A stretch of DNA of 64,000 nucleotides from Tubulanus polymorphus (taxonomy: Eukaryota > Animalia > Nemertea), in assembly GCF_964204645.1 (NCBI RefSeq), contig NC_134032.1:13504275-13568274 (forward strand), read 5' to 3'. The notes under the pieces were generated by a model. The model had not been told where the DNA came from and did not search any database. It worked only from the letters and a program-made list of their open reading frames with translations. Of this stretch, positions 21,746-33,620 are shown one piece after another. The position numbers and the translations under genes were made by a program. The stretch's first letter is position 1, and each line of letters begins with the position of its first letter.

Positions 21746-24700
21746 TCAACACAAAACGTCGAAATTCGGCCCGCGACTCAGCGTGATATCGCCGAACGGC
21801 TCCGACTGATGTAAACAAACGTTCTCCTGTTTCTTCAACACCAAAAACGTGTAGAACTTCGACGCGGCTTTCTTGCGATTGTCGGAATGCGTGAACTCGC
21901 GGAACGTCATGCTGTCGCGGTCGCGCAGTTTCGTTTGTAACATGTTCAATATGACGTGCGTTCGTTTGCTCAGTCGTTTCTCGGCATACTCCTCGGTCGC
22001 CGCGATCGCTGCCATCTCATCCGTACTCTACAATTAAAATTTCAGATTATTTTAAACAAAATTTCAGATTATTCTGTTTTATCAATGAACAGTTCTTTTT
22101 TTCAAGCGCGGTAACAAGGTTAGATTTTGGTTGTTAGTAGCCCGGTGGCAGGGTTGCCAATTTCTGCCCATTTACAAATCCTTCGACCGAGTTTCCCCCC
22201 GATATTTCCACTTTAAAACACAAAATTCCCAATCAATGGGATTTTCAAGGTCTAAAATGAAATAAAGAAACAAGCGGTCAATAGCAAAATCTAAATTTTG
22301 TTTTCCCGGTTTTTGGGAAAAATTGTTAAATTCCCCGAGTTTTCCCTGATTTCCAGGGCTGGGTTTCATAGAGGTGGAAGAAAAATAGTCCCGGGGAACA
22401 TTTTGAAATTTGTCAGTTATAACCACGGTTTCTCATTGTTACTATGATGGTTGTCACCCAGATTGAGGATTGACCCGTAGGGATAGATTTGACACTCAAG
22501 TCTACGAAACCGGGCCCTGAGTTTTCGAGGTAAGAAGCCGCCCTGCCCTCGCGGAGTGTGAGGGTCGTACAGGCCGAGGACTCACCAGTAATTGCCCTTG
22601 TCCGTCGATATCGATAAGACCCTCCTGAAACTCGCTGCTGAAGATATCATCGTTCGGTAGATCCTCATCGTCGTCGAGTTGTCTCTGCTGCTGCTGCTGC
22701 TGTTGCTCGTGTAACTGTTCCAATTGTTGCAGCTCGGTCGGATGCACGCCCGTCGGGTCGTCGTCGAGCATCTGCGGCACCGATATATCGATATTCGACG
22801 GTGGCTCCATCTGCGGCAGCGTGTCCTCGAGCGTCGGCAGAACGGGCAACGGAATATCCGAGTCGATCGGGTCGGGTTGCTGCTGAACCGACGGCGGCGG
22901 GTGCAATGAATAATCAGCCGTCACGTCAAATCGATTGACATCCACGCCGACAGAAGGGGGCGGAGCTAACAATGATTGATCCGGCGTCTGCTGCTGCTGT
23001 TGTTGTTGCGGATAGTGATTCTTACGGCGTCTCGTGATGCGTTTGATTTCTCCGCGTTCTGAAGTTAAATAAATGATGAATAACTAATATAATTTAATCT
23101 ATTTTTCACTACAATATAAATGCTGAATTAACATCGATAAGTGAAGGAGCAGTCACAGAGCCCACAGGCTGTAACAATTTAGGACCAAGCCCAGGGTCCG
23201 ATCCGATCTAAGGAATGAAACTTATTTGCCCGGGGGCGAGCATATCTGATATTTTACTTGCCCCCTCAAAAATCTACCTGCCCTACACAAGCAGTCCAAC
23301 TGTTGTATCGATTGGCAAAAAGCTTTGAGACATAAAATTGCACTAGCCAATGATAACCTACTTGCCCTGATGAGAATATACTTGTCCCGGGCAATCGGAC
23401 AAGTGCTTAGATCGGACCCTGCAAGCCAAGTGGTGACTGCACCCAAGAATAACTTCGAGACGCTTGTATTTTTAACCATTTCACCCGCAAGGCGAATTGA
23501 TCGAAACATACTCAGTTACGAACTGAGTTGACAACTCACCTTGTTCCGGTTGATCGAGGTCTAATTTGTCATCGTCATCTTCCTCTTCGGCCATCGGACG
23601 AGTAGTTAGATTACGCTGGAAAACCTGGAAAAAACACACACAACACAACAATCAGTTAATGTCTATTTATTAATTGATGAGACCTGTTTTTCTGGGATAT
23701 TTTGTTTACTTTTTGGGGTACATACCTCATTTATGTCTTAACAGAATGCCAAAAATCGCGGACAACAACTGAATATCCGATATTATTCCAGTTCTGTACC
23801 AAATAGATGGATTGGCAAAAAGACTCCTTAAGTCCAGTTGAATGAGAGAGAAAATCATCCATTTTGTCAAATTTCTTGAATAAGAACATTGTTACCATGC
23901 CTACGCCACCCTGATTTAGTTGTTGAGACCCCACAAGAAAAATAACTTCATTTCGTAGGCATGGTGACAATGTAAAAATTCAAGAAATTTCACAAAATGG
24001 AGGATTTTCTCTCTCATTCAACTGGACTTAAGGAGTCTTTTGGCCAATCCATCTAATTGGTACAGAACTGGAAATATATCGGATATTCAGTTGTTGTCCG
24101 CGATTTTTGGCATTCTGTTAAGACATAAATGAGGTATGTACCCCAAAAAGTAAGCAAAATATCCAAGAAAAACAGGTCTAATCCATTAATAAATAGACAT
24201 TAGTCATTATGGTAGACATACAACAAGGGGGTGAATTATTCTTCGGTTCAGGGTCTCATTTTTTACATTTCCACCAAGTCTTGCTGGTTCCCACAGTTAT
24301 ACGAATAAAAAATACCCAAGTTTTTTTCCCAAGTATTTCACGGATGATTTTTTCAATTTTTTTACAATTAATTAATGAACGGATACAATCATGCTACAGT
24401 CAATATTTTAGGTGATTTTCTAGTGAAATTGCTGAAGAAAGTTGCACTTGGCAAAATGCAATACGTGAAATGTAAACGAATTCCTAAAATATTTCCCTTA
24501 TTTGAGGAAGAATTTTTCAAATTCCCAAATATTTCCAAACCGGGAATTATCATTTCAAAATTCCCAAGTTTTACCTAATTTCCCTGTTCTGCGGGAACCA
24601 TGCTTGTTACACATCAAAACAAACAATTCAAAGCGCGCGACGTACCTTCGGTAAGAATTTCGAGCACAGCGCCCGTCCCGGTAAAGCGAATAGTTTCTCA

Positions 24701-27700
24701 ACGCCGCCGGTTTCTTTCCAGTGCATGAGTTTTTTGGTAGGCGGCGCCAGGTCGAGCGTCGTGACAATATCCGACGTATCGGACAGTTGAATCTTCATCG
24801 TCTCGCTCGGAATTCCTTTTTGATCGTCGACGATTAATTTACGTTTTCGTTTGGTTTTTCGTTCGGTGCCTGAAATTTAAATTTTTGAACATCTTGTATT
24901 TCTGTAAATTCATCCCTTCCTTTATCCCTTCCAGAACTCAGTCTCAAAGGCTAATTTTTTAATGTGATATCTATCTCGTTCAATGGACTCAATTTCTGAT
25001 ACATACCCGGTACTAGAAACTACTTTCAAATACATACTAGGAGTACATACAGTTAACTCTCTTCCCCCTATGATGTCACTCTTTAACTACGACGAAAGTT
25101 GGACATATTTATTCCTGTCCAAAGAGACTTGACTTGGGATCATCCATCTCAGATATCCGTTACAAGTCCGACAAAGTTTGCCCCGCCCCAGAAAGTGTTA
25201 GGGCCTACAGCGTTTCTAGGAGTGAAATACTGAACTCACCGATAGCCGTTATATCGAGCGGCTCTAAAGCGAACGCTTCGTCTTCGTTTTGAACTAAAGT
25301 CGTCTGCTCGCCGAGTAACGTCTGCTGCTGCTGTTGAGTAGTTTCTAAATTCGGTATAACCGGCTGTGATATCGCAGCTGCTGCTGCTGCTGCTGCTGCA
25401 CTCGTGCCAGGCATGTTCATATCGGGGACTTCCATCTGTAACTCTTTAGCAACTGTAGCACAAACGAGAAATAATGAATCATAAACTGGTTTATGTGGGT
25501 CCTGCCTAGAACTAAAACTGGGTTTTAACTGACATTATCACAGGAAATATACGATCCCCCCAAATCTACAACATTAAATGATCTTGTTTTCATCGACAGG
25601 GTTTTTATTTCACTTGTGTTTTCAATTATGAAATTGAATTGTACCTTCTTTTTCAGCCAGCGGTGGTAGCCCGCTGACATCTTGTGCCATTGACACCTCG
25701 GCGACTGGTTCCTCGAACAATCCACCAGCTCCCATATTGAAATCAGCATCGCCTGAAAATGATATCACACATGTTGAAGAAAACTGTTATAATCCAAATT
25801 AACATTGTTCCCGCAGTTTACACAAATTCAAAATTCAAAGTTTTTCGATTTACTCAAATGCGAATGGGGCCTTCATTAAGGTGAATATTACATCATACTC
25901 TTCAGAGTGGTGACCGAGGTGATTTTCAAGAAATGTCGCTTTCGCAAATGAGATCAAAGAACTAGGCTACAGTTACATGAACATCCCAAACACTTCCAGA
26001 TAAGAAGAAAATCCATCAAAACCCAAATATTTCTTAATGGGGAATGTTACTTTGAAATTATCAATTTTTTCCTAACTGCGCCCGGGTTGAGGACAGTTTT
26101 GAGTATATGAAACTGAGCGCCAGTTTTTTACAACAATGATATACTGCTGCTAGGGGTCAGTTTAACTTGACCCGATTTCATCTGCCTTACCGAACAAATC
26201 GTGGTCAACATCTCCACCGAAATCCCCATTGTTATCATCGTCGTCGTCATCATCGCAGCCAGCAGGGGGCGACGGTGGTGCTGTTTATAGAACAACGTTA
26301 AATTAACATAACAGAACAATGAACTATCATTAATCAAACAACGATAAATGATTACTTTTAACAAATTTAAACGATAACTTGTGTGAACTATTGTGTGTGG
26401 AGGAGAAAATTCATGAACATGTTTTTGCTGCCAGCCACAAAATACTCGTACTTTCTGTTCTATCACCAGTGATTCTTCATATTTACAGTTAGATATTTGC
26501 TCACTGGCACGTGAGAATGACACAGTTCCTGATTGGCCAATAATTTGGACTAACTCTTGATTCTCAATATTCATTGGTAAACTTCGAGCAAAGGCCGACT
26601 ATGCAACAGCTCCAGTGCCAACGTACGAGTGGCAATAGAGGGCAGCATCATATTTTCAAGCTGGCAGCAAACACGTTAACCTGAAAGCTACCGGAGTCAG
26701 ACCTTAAGACCACTTGAGTCAAGGTCGCTCTGGACCCAAGGGTCAAATGTTTCACGGCTATTGGAGTCAATGTTCCAGTCTATTGACTGTGAGAGTCACC
26801 AAGTACCTCCGAAAACAAATACTGGCATGAATTTTCACCAACACACAGTTTTATGGCTCAGAAATGACAAAAAATCTTGAAAGAATTCTGTATGCGTCCT
26901 TCCAATATCAATATTTTTCAGTTAAGGTTTATGTTTATTAAGGGATCAATATCTTTCAGTTAAGGTTTATTAAGGGGTCATCCATGAGAGGATCTAAGAT
27001 GAATTTAACTGATGCTGTTAAAAGGCGTTAAGAACAGAAATCACAAATTCTGTTAGTGACGAAAATTCGAACCCTAAATTTACGTATCATTCACCATTAA
27101 GTACGCATAAATCGCAACCAATACCATGCCACAAGCCAATCTTGATGTTATAACACAATATGCGCTCGAGAGTTTGAAAGTTATTCCCTGTCAAGAGGGT
27201 ACGAATTGAACAAGGATTTGACAAGCAGTTGACCGGCTCGAGGGGAACAGAGCTCCAACCGAGGGGAGGGGCAAACCATGCACAATGAAGTGAACTTAAA
27301 CACCAGGCGATAATACGCTATATTTTTCAAACCGTCCAAAACTTAAACCTGATAGGAGAAAACAATACAGGAAAGTAGCACACAGAAATAGCAAGACCAA
27401 TCATTAAACAACAGTAAACCTTCTTCTGGCAAAATCAGATTCAGTTATCAATCAACGCCCAGGATTCAACACATCCCTTTACATCTATCTTATCAGTTCA
27501 CTTTCAAAAACTGATTGTCCATACTTCATAGGTGCTCAGGACTTCACCCCGGACATTTTCAATAGAAAATGAACTACAAACACCAGACATTCAGCACACC
27601 TTCAAAAACTGATCCACACTTCACATGTGTTCAGAACTTCACCTGAGACATTTCTAATTGAAAATGAACTACAAACACCAAGACATAACATACGTATTAT

Positions 27701-30700
27701 AAGCGCACTTCACGCGTGTTCAGTACTTCACCTCATTTTTAATTGAAAATGAACTACAAACACCAGACATTCAGCACACTTTCAAAAACTGATCGTCCAC
27801 ACTTTACGCATGTGTTCAGAACTTCGCCGGTGACATTTCTAATTGAAAATGAACTACAAACACCAAGACATAACATACGTATTATAAGCGCACTTCACGC
27901 GTGTTCAGTACTTCACCTCATTTTTAATTGAAAATGAACTACAAACACCAGACATATCATCAGTTCACTTTCAAAAACTGATCGTCCACACTTTACGCAT
28001 GTGTTCAGAACTTCACTTGATATATTTTCAATTGAAAATAAACTATGTTAACACTGGACGTAAGGCTAAAAAAAATTGATACCTTGTTTCTCCGCTCTGC
28101 TGAGCTTAAATGTTGACCCGGCCAGCCGCCTATCTACCCTATACATTACTTTTTTTAAAATCGTGATCAATTTTACCATAACAGACCCGTCCGCTATAGA
28201 AATCGACTGTTTATAAATTTTATCATATTTTACAAAAATGACCCGGCCGCTGCGGAGAAACAAGGTATCATTTTTGTTTAGCCTAAGATATTTTATCAGC
28301 ACTTTCAAAATCTGATCGCCAAGTTACATCCAACAATGGTGAATGTCTGTTCCGGACTCAACGGTGCGTAGCTAGAAAGGTTTACTGTTGTACATTGTTT
28401 AATCGATCTGCATTGATTTCTTCAACGATTCGAATACTGTTAGAAGAGAACGATTGATTAGTAGTTGATACAGAGTGATACTCTGTGAATTATAATCTAT
28501 CTTACCGGTGACAAGCGTCTCGTTAAAATTCAAACCAGGTCCGAGATCACCTGCAGACATTGTTTGAGAGGCAGTATATCAGTGATACATGAATCAGTAA
28601 TTATACCCCCTTAAAATCAGTTCGTCAGTGTATAACACCTCCTCCCTCCCCCTTCCCGAAATTTCACAAAATATACACAATGACACGAGGTGTCAATTTT
28701 TCAGCCAGACCAATTATTTCCATTCTCAAGTCAAAACTTATTGATCTCTGCAACTGAATCTTAATTCACACTTCGTGGAACTGGATCCACTTCCACAGTT
28801 GTCAGTAAAGATTTTTGACTAAGAGTTAACTCATAGAAAATGATCCTATTTCAACTCAGAGTTCAGTTAACTCTTAACTGTGTAACTATAGGTTCTGAAA
28901 GAATCCAGCCAGAACTAGTTCCACAGTCGTGAGTTCAGATTTTAACTCACTGAAAATGAACCAATTTTTCTAACTCATCACCGTGGAACTGGATCCTGGA
29001 TGTCAGTTTCCTACGCCCGGTTAACACTATAATTTCCTCTCGTTTATGACACTTACCGAGAAGTCCGTCTCCCATGACCTGTTCGAACGCGTCGTTCCTC
29101 ATCGGAGCGTTAAACACGGCGTCGACGTCCATCGGTTTCTCCGTCGACGGGTCGCGGTGAGTCGACACCGACGCGTCGTGCGACTTATCGGTCGCGTTCA
29201 GTAAATGAGTCGTCGACCTGTCGGCTGCCCGGTATAACGACTCTTCCATGTTACCGGCGTCTCGCATGATCTCCTTATCGTCAAAACCGATATCACCTGA
29301 AAACATATTCAAAATTTTGAATTTCAGAGCACAATCTTTTTTTTTTACTAAATGAGCTTGGACTTCAATCCAAAATTCCCTCAATATTTCCCTGACTCTT
29401 CGCCAAAAATTTCCTGATTAAATTATAAGCTATCCTCAGTGGGAGCTGCTGTTTCTTATAAAGAGGTTCCTTGAGCAACTCGTCACCAGCAAAAATAACA
29501 AGATACCAAAAATTCAAATTCCCTGATTAAATCATAACATATCCTCAGTGAGGGCTGTTTCTTATCAAGAGGTTCTTTGTACCACCCGTGAAACACCAAA
29601 ATTTCAAATTCCCTGAGTTGAGCCGGATTTTTTGAAAAAGAATCCAGATGAATGATCAATTGTTTTAGATACAAGATGCACATGTAAAACATGAAATATC
29701 TGCGAAGACGAGTCAAACATTTGACCTCGACAATCGCTGGTACATATGGGGGTTATAGAATAACGAGAAGATTGAGGCTAGTTGCACAGATTCAAGACCA
29801 TCTTATCTTCGTTCAATAGCTATAAATCTAACAACATAAAACCAGTTTTAAGATTCTCAGACTTACCGAAACCTTCATCTCCGACAATCGGGATATTTCC
29901 GATTTCTTCACGCATCGTAATCTCCTCCGGTCGACTCTGATTTACTGTAAACTGAGCCTGAACATCGATATCACTGTAAAACATAGAGCAAAATCAAATA
30001 TAGGGTACAGAACGACACTGACAAACACGTACCGCGTTACGCAGGATCCAGTTCCACAGTCGTGAGTTACAGTGTTTCAGTAAGGGCCAGGTCCCAGGTC
30101 CGTCTGTCGTTTTTTAAGGACCCACCTGTTTTTTTACACCAGCTTTCGTTTCAGGGACTGTGACATATTATGGGACCCTTTAGTTCACTTTCAATGAGTT
30201 AACTCTTGAGTCAAATCTTAACTCACAACTGTGGAACTGGATCCAGGGTTCTTCTTAAAGATCAAGGGCCAGTTATTCAAAAGTTGGTAAAAGATAATTG
30301 GCGTACTAACAACATACTGGTAAATGAACTTTCAATTTTCACAATGGGATCATTCACCTATTACGTATGCATCAGGGGAGGGGGAGGGGTAAGTGAGTCA
30401 AATTTTATGCGTACATAATAAATGAATGACCCCTATGTCAACCATCGACTAGTTAACTCTAACCAACTTTTGAGCACTGCAGTGTAGACCTATGAAAGCA
30501 GCGTGCCAGTTATTCCACAGCCAACCAACACACTGGGGTGGATTTTCTTTTTAAATCTCAAATTCTCCAGGGCCCAGTTCCATAGTCATGGCTTAGACTT
30601 AAGACCAATTTAAGACCATCTTAGTTCTATAACCAATCTAACAACTTAAGACCAATCTTAAGATTTAAGACCATTTTTGGACTTAAGTCTCCACTGAAGA

Positions 30701-31650
30701 ACCAGCCCCAGCACTTTAGGGTATCAATAAGTCACAGGAATGGTTTAACAATTTTAAGCGTCTAGTCGGAGGAGGTTAAACTTACTTCAAGTCGGCCATC
30801 GTCGTATCGAAATCATGGAATGTTTCGGGTAAAGTGATCGCGGCGACTGCGGCCTCGCGATTTTCCTCGGGCAGATCGACGACTCCCGGACGAAACGCCA
30901 TCTTGATTTTAACGAATGCCTCGTTACAATCGGCGAGCAGATACTTGGCTTTACGCGAGTAAATTCTTACGACGCCCAGCAACAAGTGACCGGATGTACG
31001 CAATGCCATTTTCACCTAAAACAATAGAAATATTCAGGTTCAGTTCATTTTTTATTCTTGGAACATTCATTATTCTACATTTACCCGAATTCAAAATACC
31101 GTAGTCTTTATTTTACCGGCAATTTTTCAAATTTCCAAAATGGAAAAGTGAACATATCATCATACTGAACAGGGACATCAACATTTTGGTGGCAATTGGT
31201 TTATAAAGTTTTCAGTGATTTACAAGATATACTGAGGCATGCCCTTTCACAAATGTTCCCCAGATTAGAGGAAAATGCAACAAGTTCCTAAATATTCTCA
31301 ATTGGCAAGTTTTCCCCATTTGTCGTTAGGCCTACTGCAGGAGCATTAACAAATTACTGATTCTTTCATTTTCTTAAATTTGAAATTTTTCATTATATTT
31401 CAGCCTGGAATTTGAAATCATCTTTCTGTCGAATTCAAAATCTTATCGAGTTTCATAGATCTTTGGTGGCTGCAGAGCGGCAAGGAAAAAAAAAATTGTT
31501 TTTTACCTTCGGTTCTAGAATGGCTTCAACGCTGCTGGAGATGTTTGTCTCGAAGACGTGAGCCTTCGTCAGTTTTTTATCCCAATGAGCGGCGAGCCAG
31601 ATTCGAGCCAGCGGACCCTTCTTACTCAACACGAAATGCGCGTAAAACAT
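21746..31650 (-). CDS. RAD21: Double-strand-break repair protein RAD21 (cohesin kleisin subunit)
   Basis: Phase-consistent exons: 31650-31507, 31015-30786, 29973-29867, 29296-29057, 28550-28506, 26280-26191, 25752-25645, 25452-25240, 24869-24646, 23624-23540, 23058-22586, 22027-21746. N-terminus [32 protein letters not shown]; central KRKRKLIVD...[10 protein letters not shown]; C-terminal [16 protein letters not shown]...PFGDI. A 5' UTR exon ends at 32646. Confidence 0.97.
22355..22519. mobile_element. Short TIR element (GGGCTGGGTTTCATAGA...TCTACGAAACCGGGCCC)
   Basis: Imperfect inverted ends; highly similar copy at about 49100-49260. Confidence 0.7.
23192..23421. mobile_element. Non-autonomous TIR element with 6-bp TSD (CAAGCC)
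   Basis: CAAGCC|CAGGGTCCGATC...GATCGGACCCTG|CAAGCC. Confidence 0.75.
23659..24200. mobile_element. Foldback/long-TIR element (about 245-bp arms, about 45-bp spacer), probable TA TSD, in a RAD21 intron
   Basis: TA|ATGTCTATTTATTAAT...CATGCCTACG [spacer] CGTAGGCATG...ATTAATAAATAGACAT|TA. Confidence 0.85.
27490..28045. repeat. Degenerate tandem array of about 75-85-bp units in a RAD21 intron
   Basis: Recurrent aattgaaaatgaactacaaacacc...cactttcaaaaactgat...gtgttcagaacttcac; related dispersed pieces near 39310-39440 and 48915-48960. Confidence 0.8.
28064..28283. mobile_element. PIF/Harbinger-like MITE with TAA TSD
   Basis: TAA|GGCTAAA...TTTAGCC|TAA; reverse-complement match to 5157-5376. Confidence 0.8.
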
Positions 31651-32645
31651 CGCGGCGGTAAATTTCTGAAATTTGAAGAAAAAAAATGTCATCACAACGT
31701 TTCGAATGACTTGTCATCAGAAGTTTGGGTAGGGTAAGTTTTTCGGAACGCTAATAAGCCACAACATTTACGTCCAAATTAACAAAAAAAGAAATCGTTT
31801 TTCAATCTGAAACAAAGTCCCCACCAGTCATTCGTGGAATGGAGTTTAAAAATTTGGAGGAACCTTCTGCATCATTTAAAAGAAATGTTACTCTTGCAAA
31901 TCGTAGGATTCAATAAGTAAATTATTAAATTACATGGTCCCTACAGATCAGCTGTTTCTGGATATACCTATGGAATTTTACAAAAATTTCCAGGGAAGCA
32001 TCTGCATCACTTTCATATCCCAATTACTGTCTGTAGACTCCTTTAAAATTGGTACTGTTTATCTCAGTAAACCATGAATTCAGAGGTTTCTATAAGCAAA
32101 TTTTTTTACACGACCTTAATTTGTTTCTAATTATGTGGTTACCGCCAAATCTGGTAAAAATCAAATCATAATCTTAACTTATTGTTTATGTTAGGTATAA
32201 TTTTCTGTACAACTACAAACTAGACATAAATATCTAATTGCTTTTCTCAAAATTGAGGGAAATGCTTTTTTTTTTAGTTTTAAGCACCTTCACAAAATTT
32301 TCTGCTCAGAAGGAGTTTTTAAGGAATCAAGGAGTTGTAACACTAACAGTAACAGATCCTGTGAATTTCAAATTCAATCTAAAAAATAAAAAAAATGGGC
32401 AAGAAAAGGATTTGTATTTTTTTACAAAAAATTCCAAAATCTGGTAAACGCATTCGGCCCAGTCTGAGTGTATTTGATGGACAATCGGCCCTATGATTCA
32501 ATTCTGCCTTCCGGGCCTAAAAACCAGGAACAGCGCCCCGGCGATCAGATAAGAGCGGAACCCGCGCGTCAAAATGATGAGCGTTTGGCTTCGGGTGGGG
32601 GAAAAAAGTCATCATAAAAATTCCATATTTTCGACAGTTCCTTAC

Positions 32646-33620
32646 CCGATACGGCTCCTAAATATTTATCAAAATACTCTTCGGCACGTCGACCAGCTCG
32701 GTAAATTTACCAACACAGTAGAATCAGCGGCGATATTCTCATAAATCGGTGATTTACATTCGAGTTTTAGAATTAATTCCCGTATCTTCCGAATCCGAAA
32801 AATGGCGTTCACTTTGTTTCCCGCCCAAACAACTCCTCTTCAAACCGTGTATACATGCGCGTTCAAAACAAACTAGATCTCATTCAAACAAGATTTCCGT
32901 TCGAGAACACTTTCAAAGGATACTTGTCTTTTAGAATTTTTGCTAATTATGGTTAATTAGTGTTGACTATAATTAATCAAGGTTTGGAAGACGATGGGCG
33001 GGTGCGAACGGATCTCTACTTAGGTCACGGAGGTCATGAAAGCTCCGCCTTCCTGACAGGTGCCCGCCGCAGACGGGTACAGAACAGGGCTTCTATCATT
33101 CCCATGAACAAAACATATTTCTAAATTACGATGATAAAGTTTCCGAACTTGAAAATTGAATTCAAGACATTCTCGACTCGTTAGATTATTTTGTAGTCGC
33201 GCCCGCTCACGCGCGCTACTTGCCCGTGATTGACAGATGGCTTACTGGCACTTGCTGTGGCGCGCGAGTATTTCAAACCCACGTTTGCTCTGGCATGTGA
33301 GTATTTTAAATGTCGCGTCGAGAAATATTTCAAAATGTAGGAGGAAAATAGGATATTTTCATGCGAAATGATGGAATTCGAAAAGATATTAAAGAGATAT
33401 TTTAACTAACGTCGCTGTAAATACTCTAGTTGGACGGGTGATTGACAGGTCAGCTAATCGACGCTAATTGGTGGTGGTCTCCACACTTCGGTGAATGAAC
33501 GTCAACGCGGAAGTGCTGACAGATCGGTTTCGTTGCTCTGTGACTCGATAGTTTGTGTGGATTTACTGTTGATTTTCGATGGATATAATGTGATAATCAA
33601 ACCCGTCCTCGGTGAAAATG
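32646..33620. promoter_or_regulatory. Divergent (bidirectional) promoter region between RAD21 and the Bfr1-like gene
   Basis: RAD21 5' UTR exon donor at 32645 (-); first-exon ATG of the + strand gene at 33618; CpG-rich; YY1-like AAAATGGCG near 32799-32807. Confidence 0.6.
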
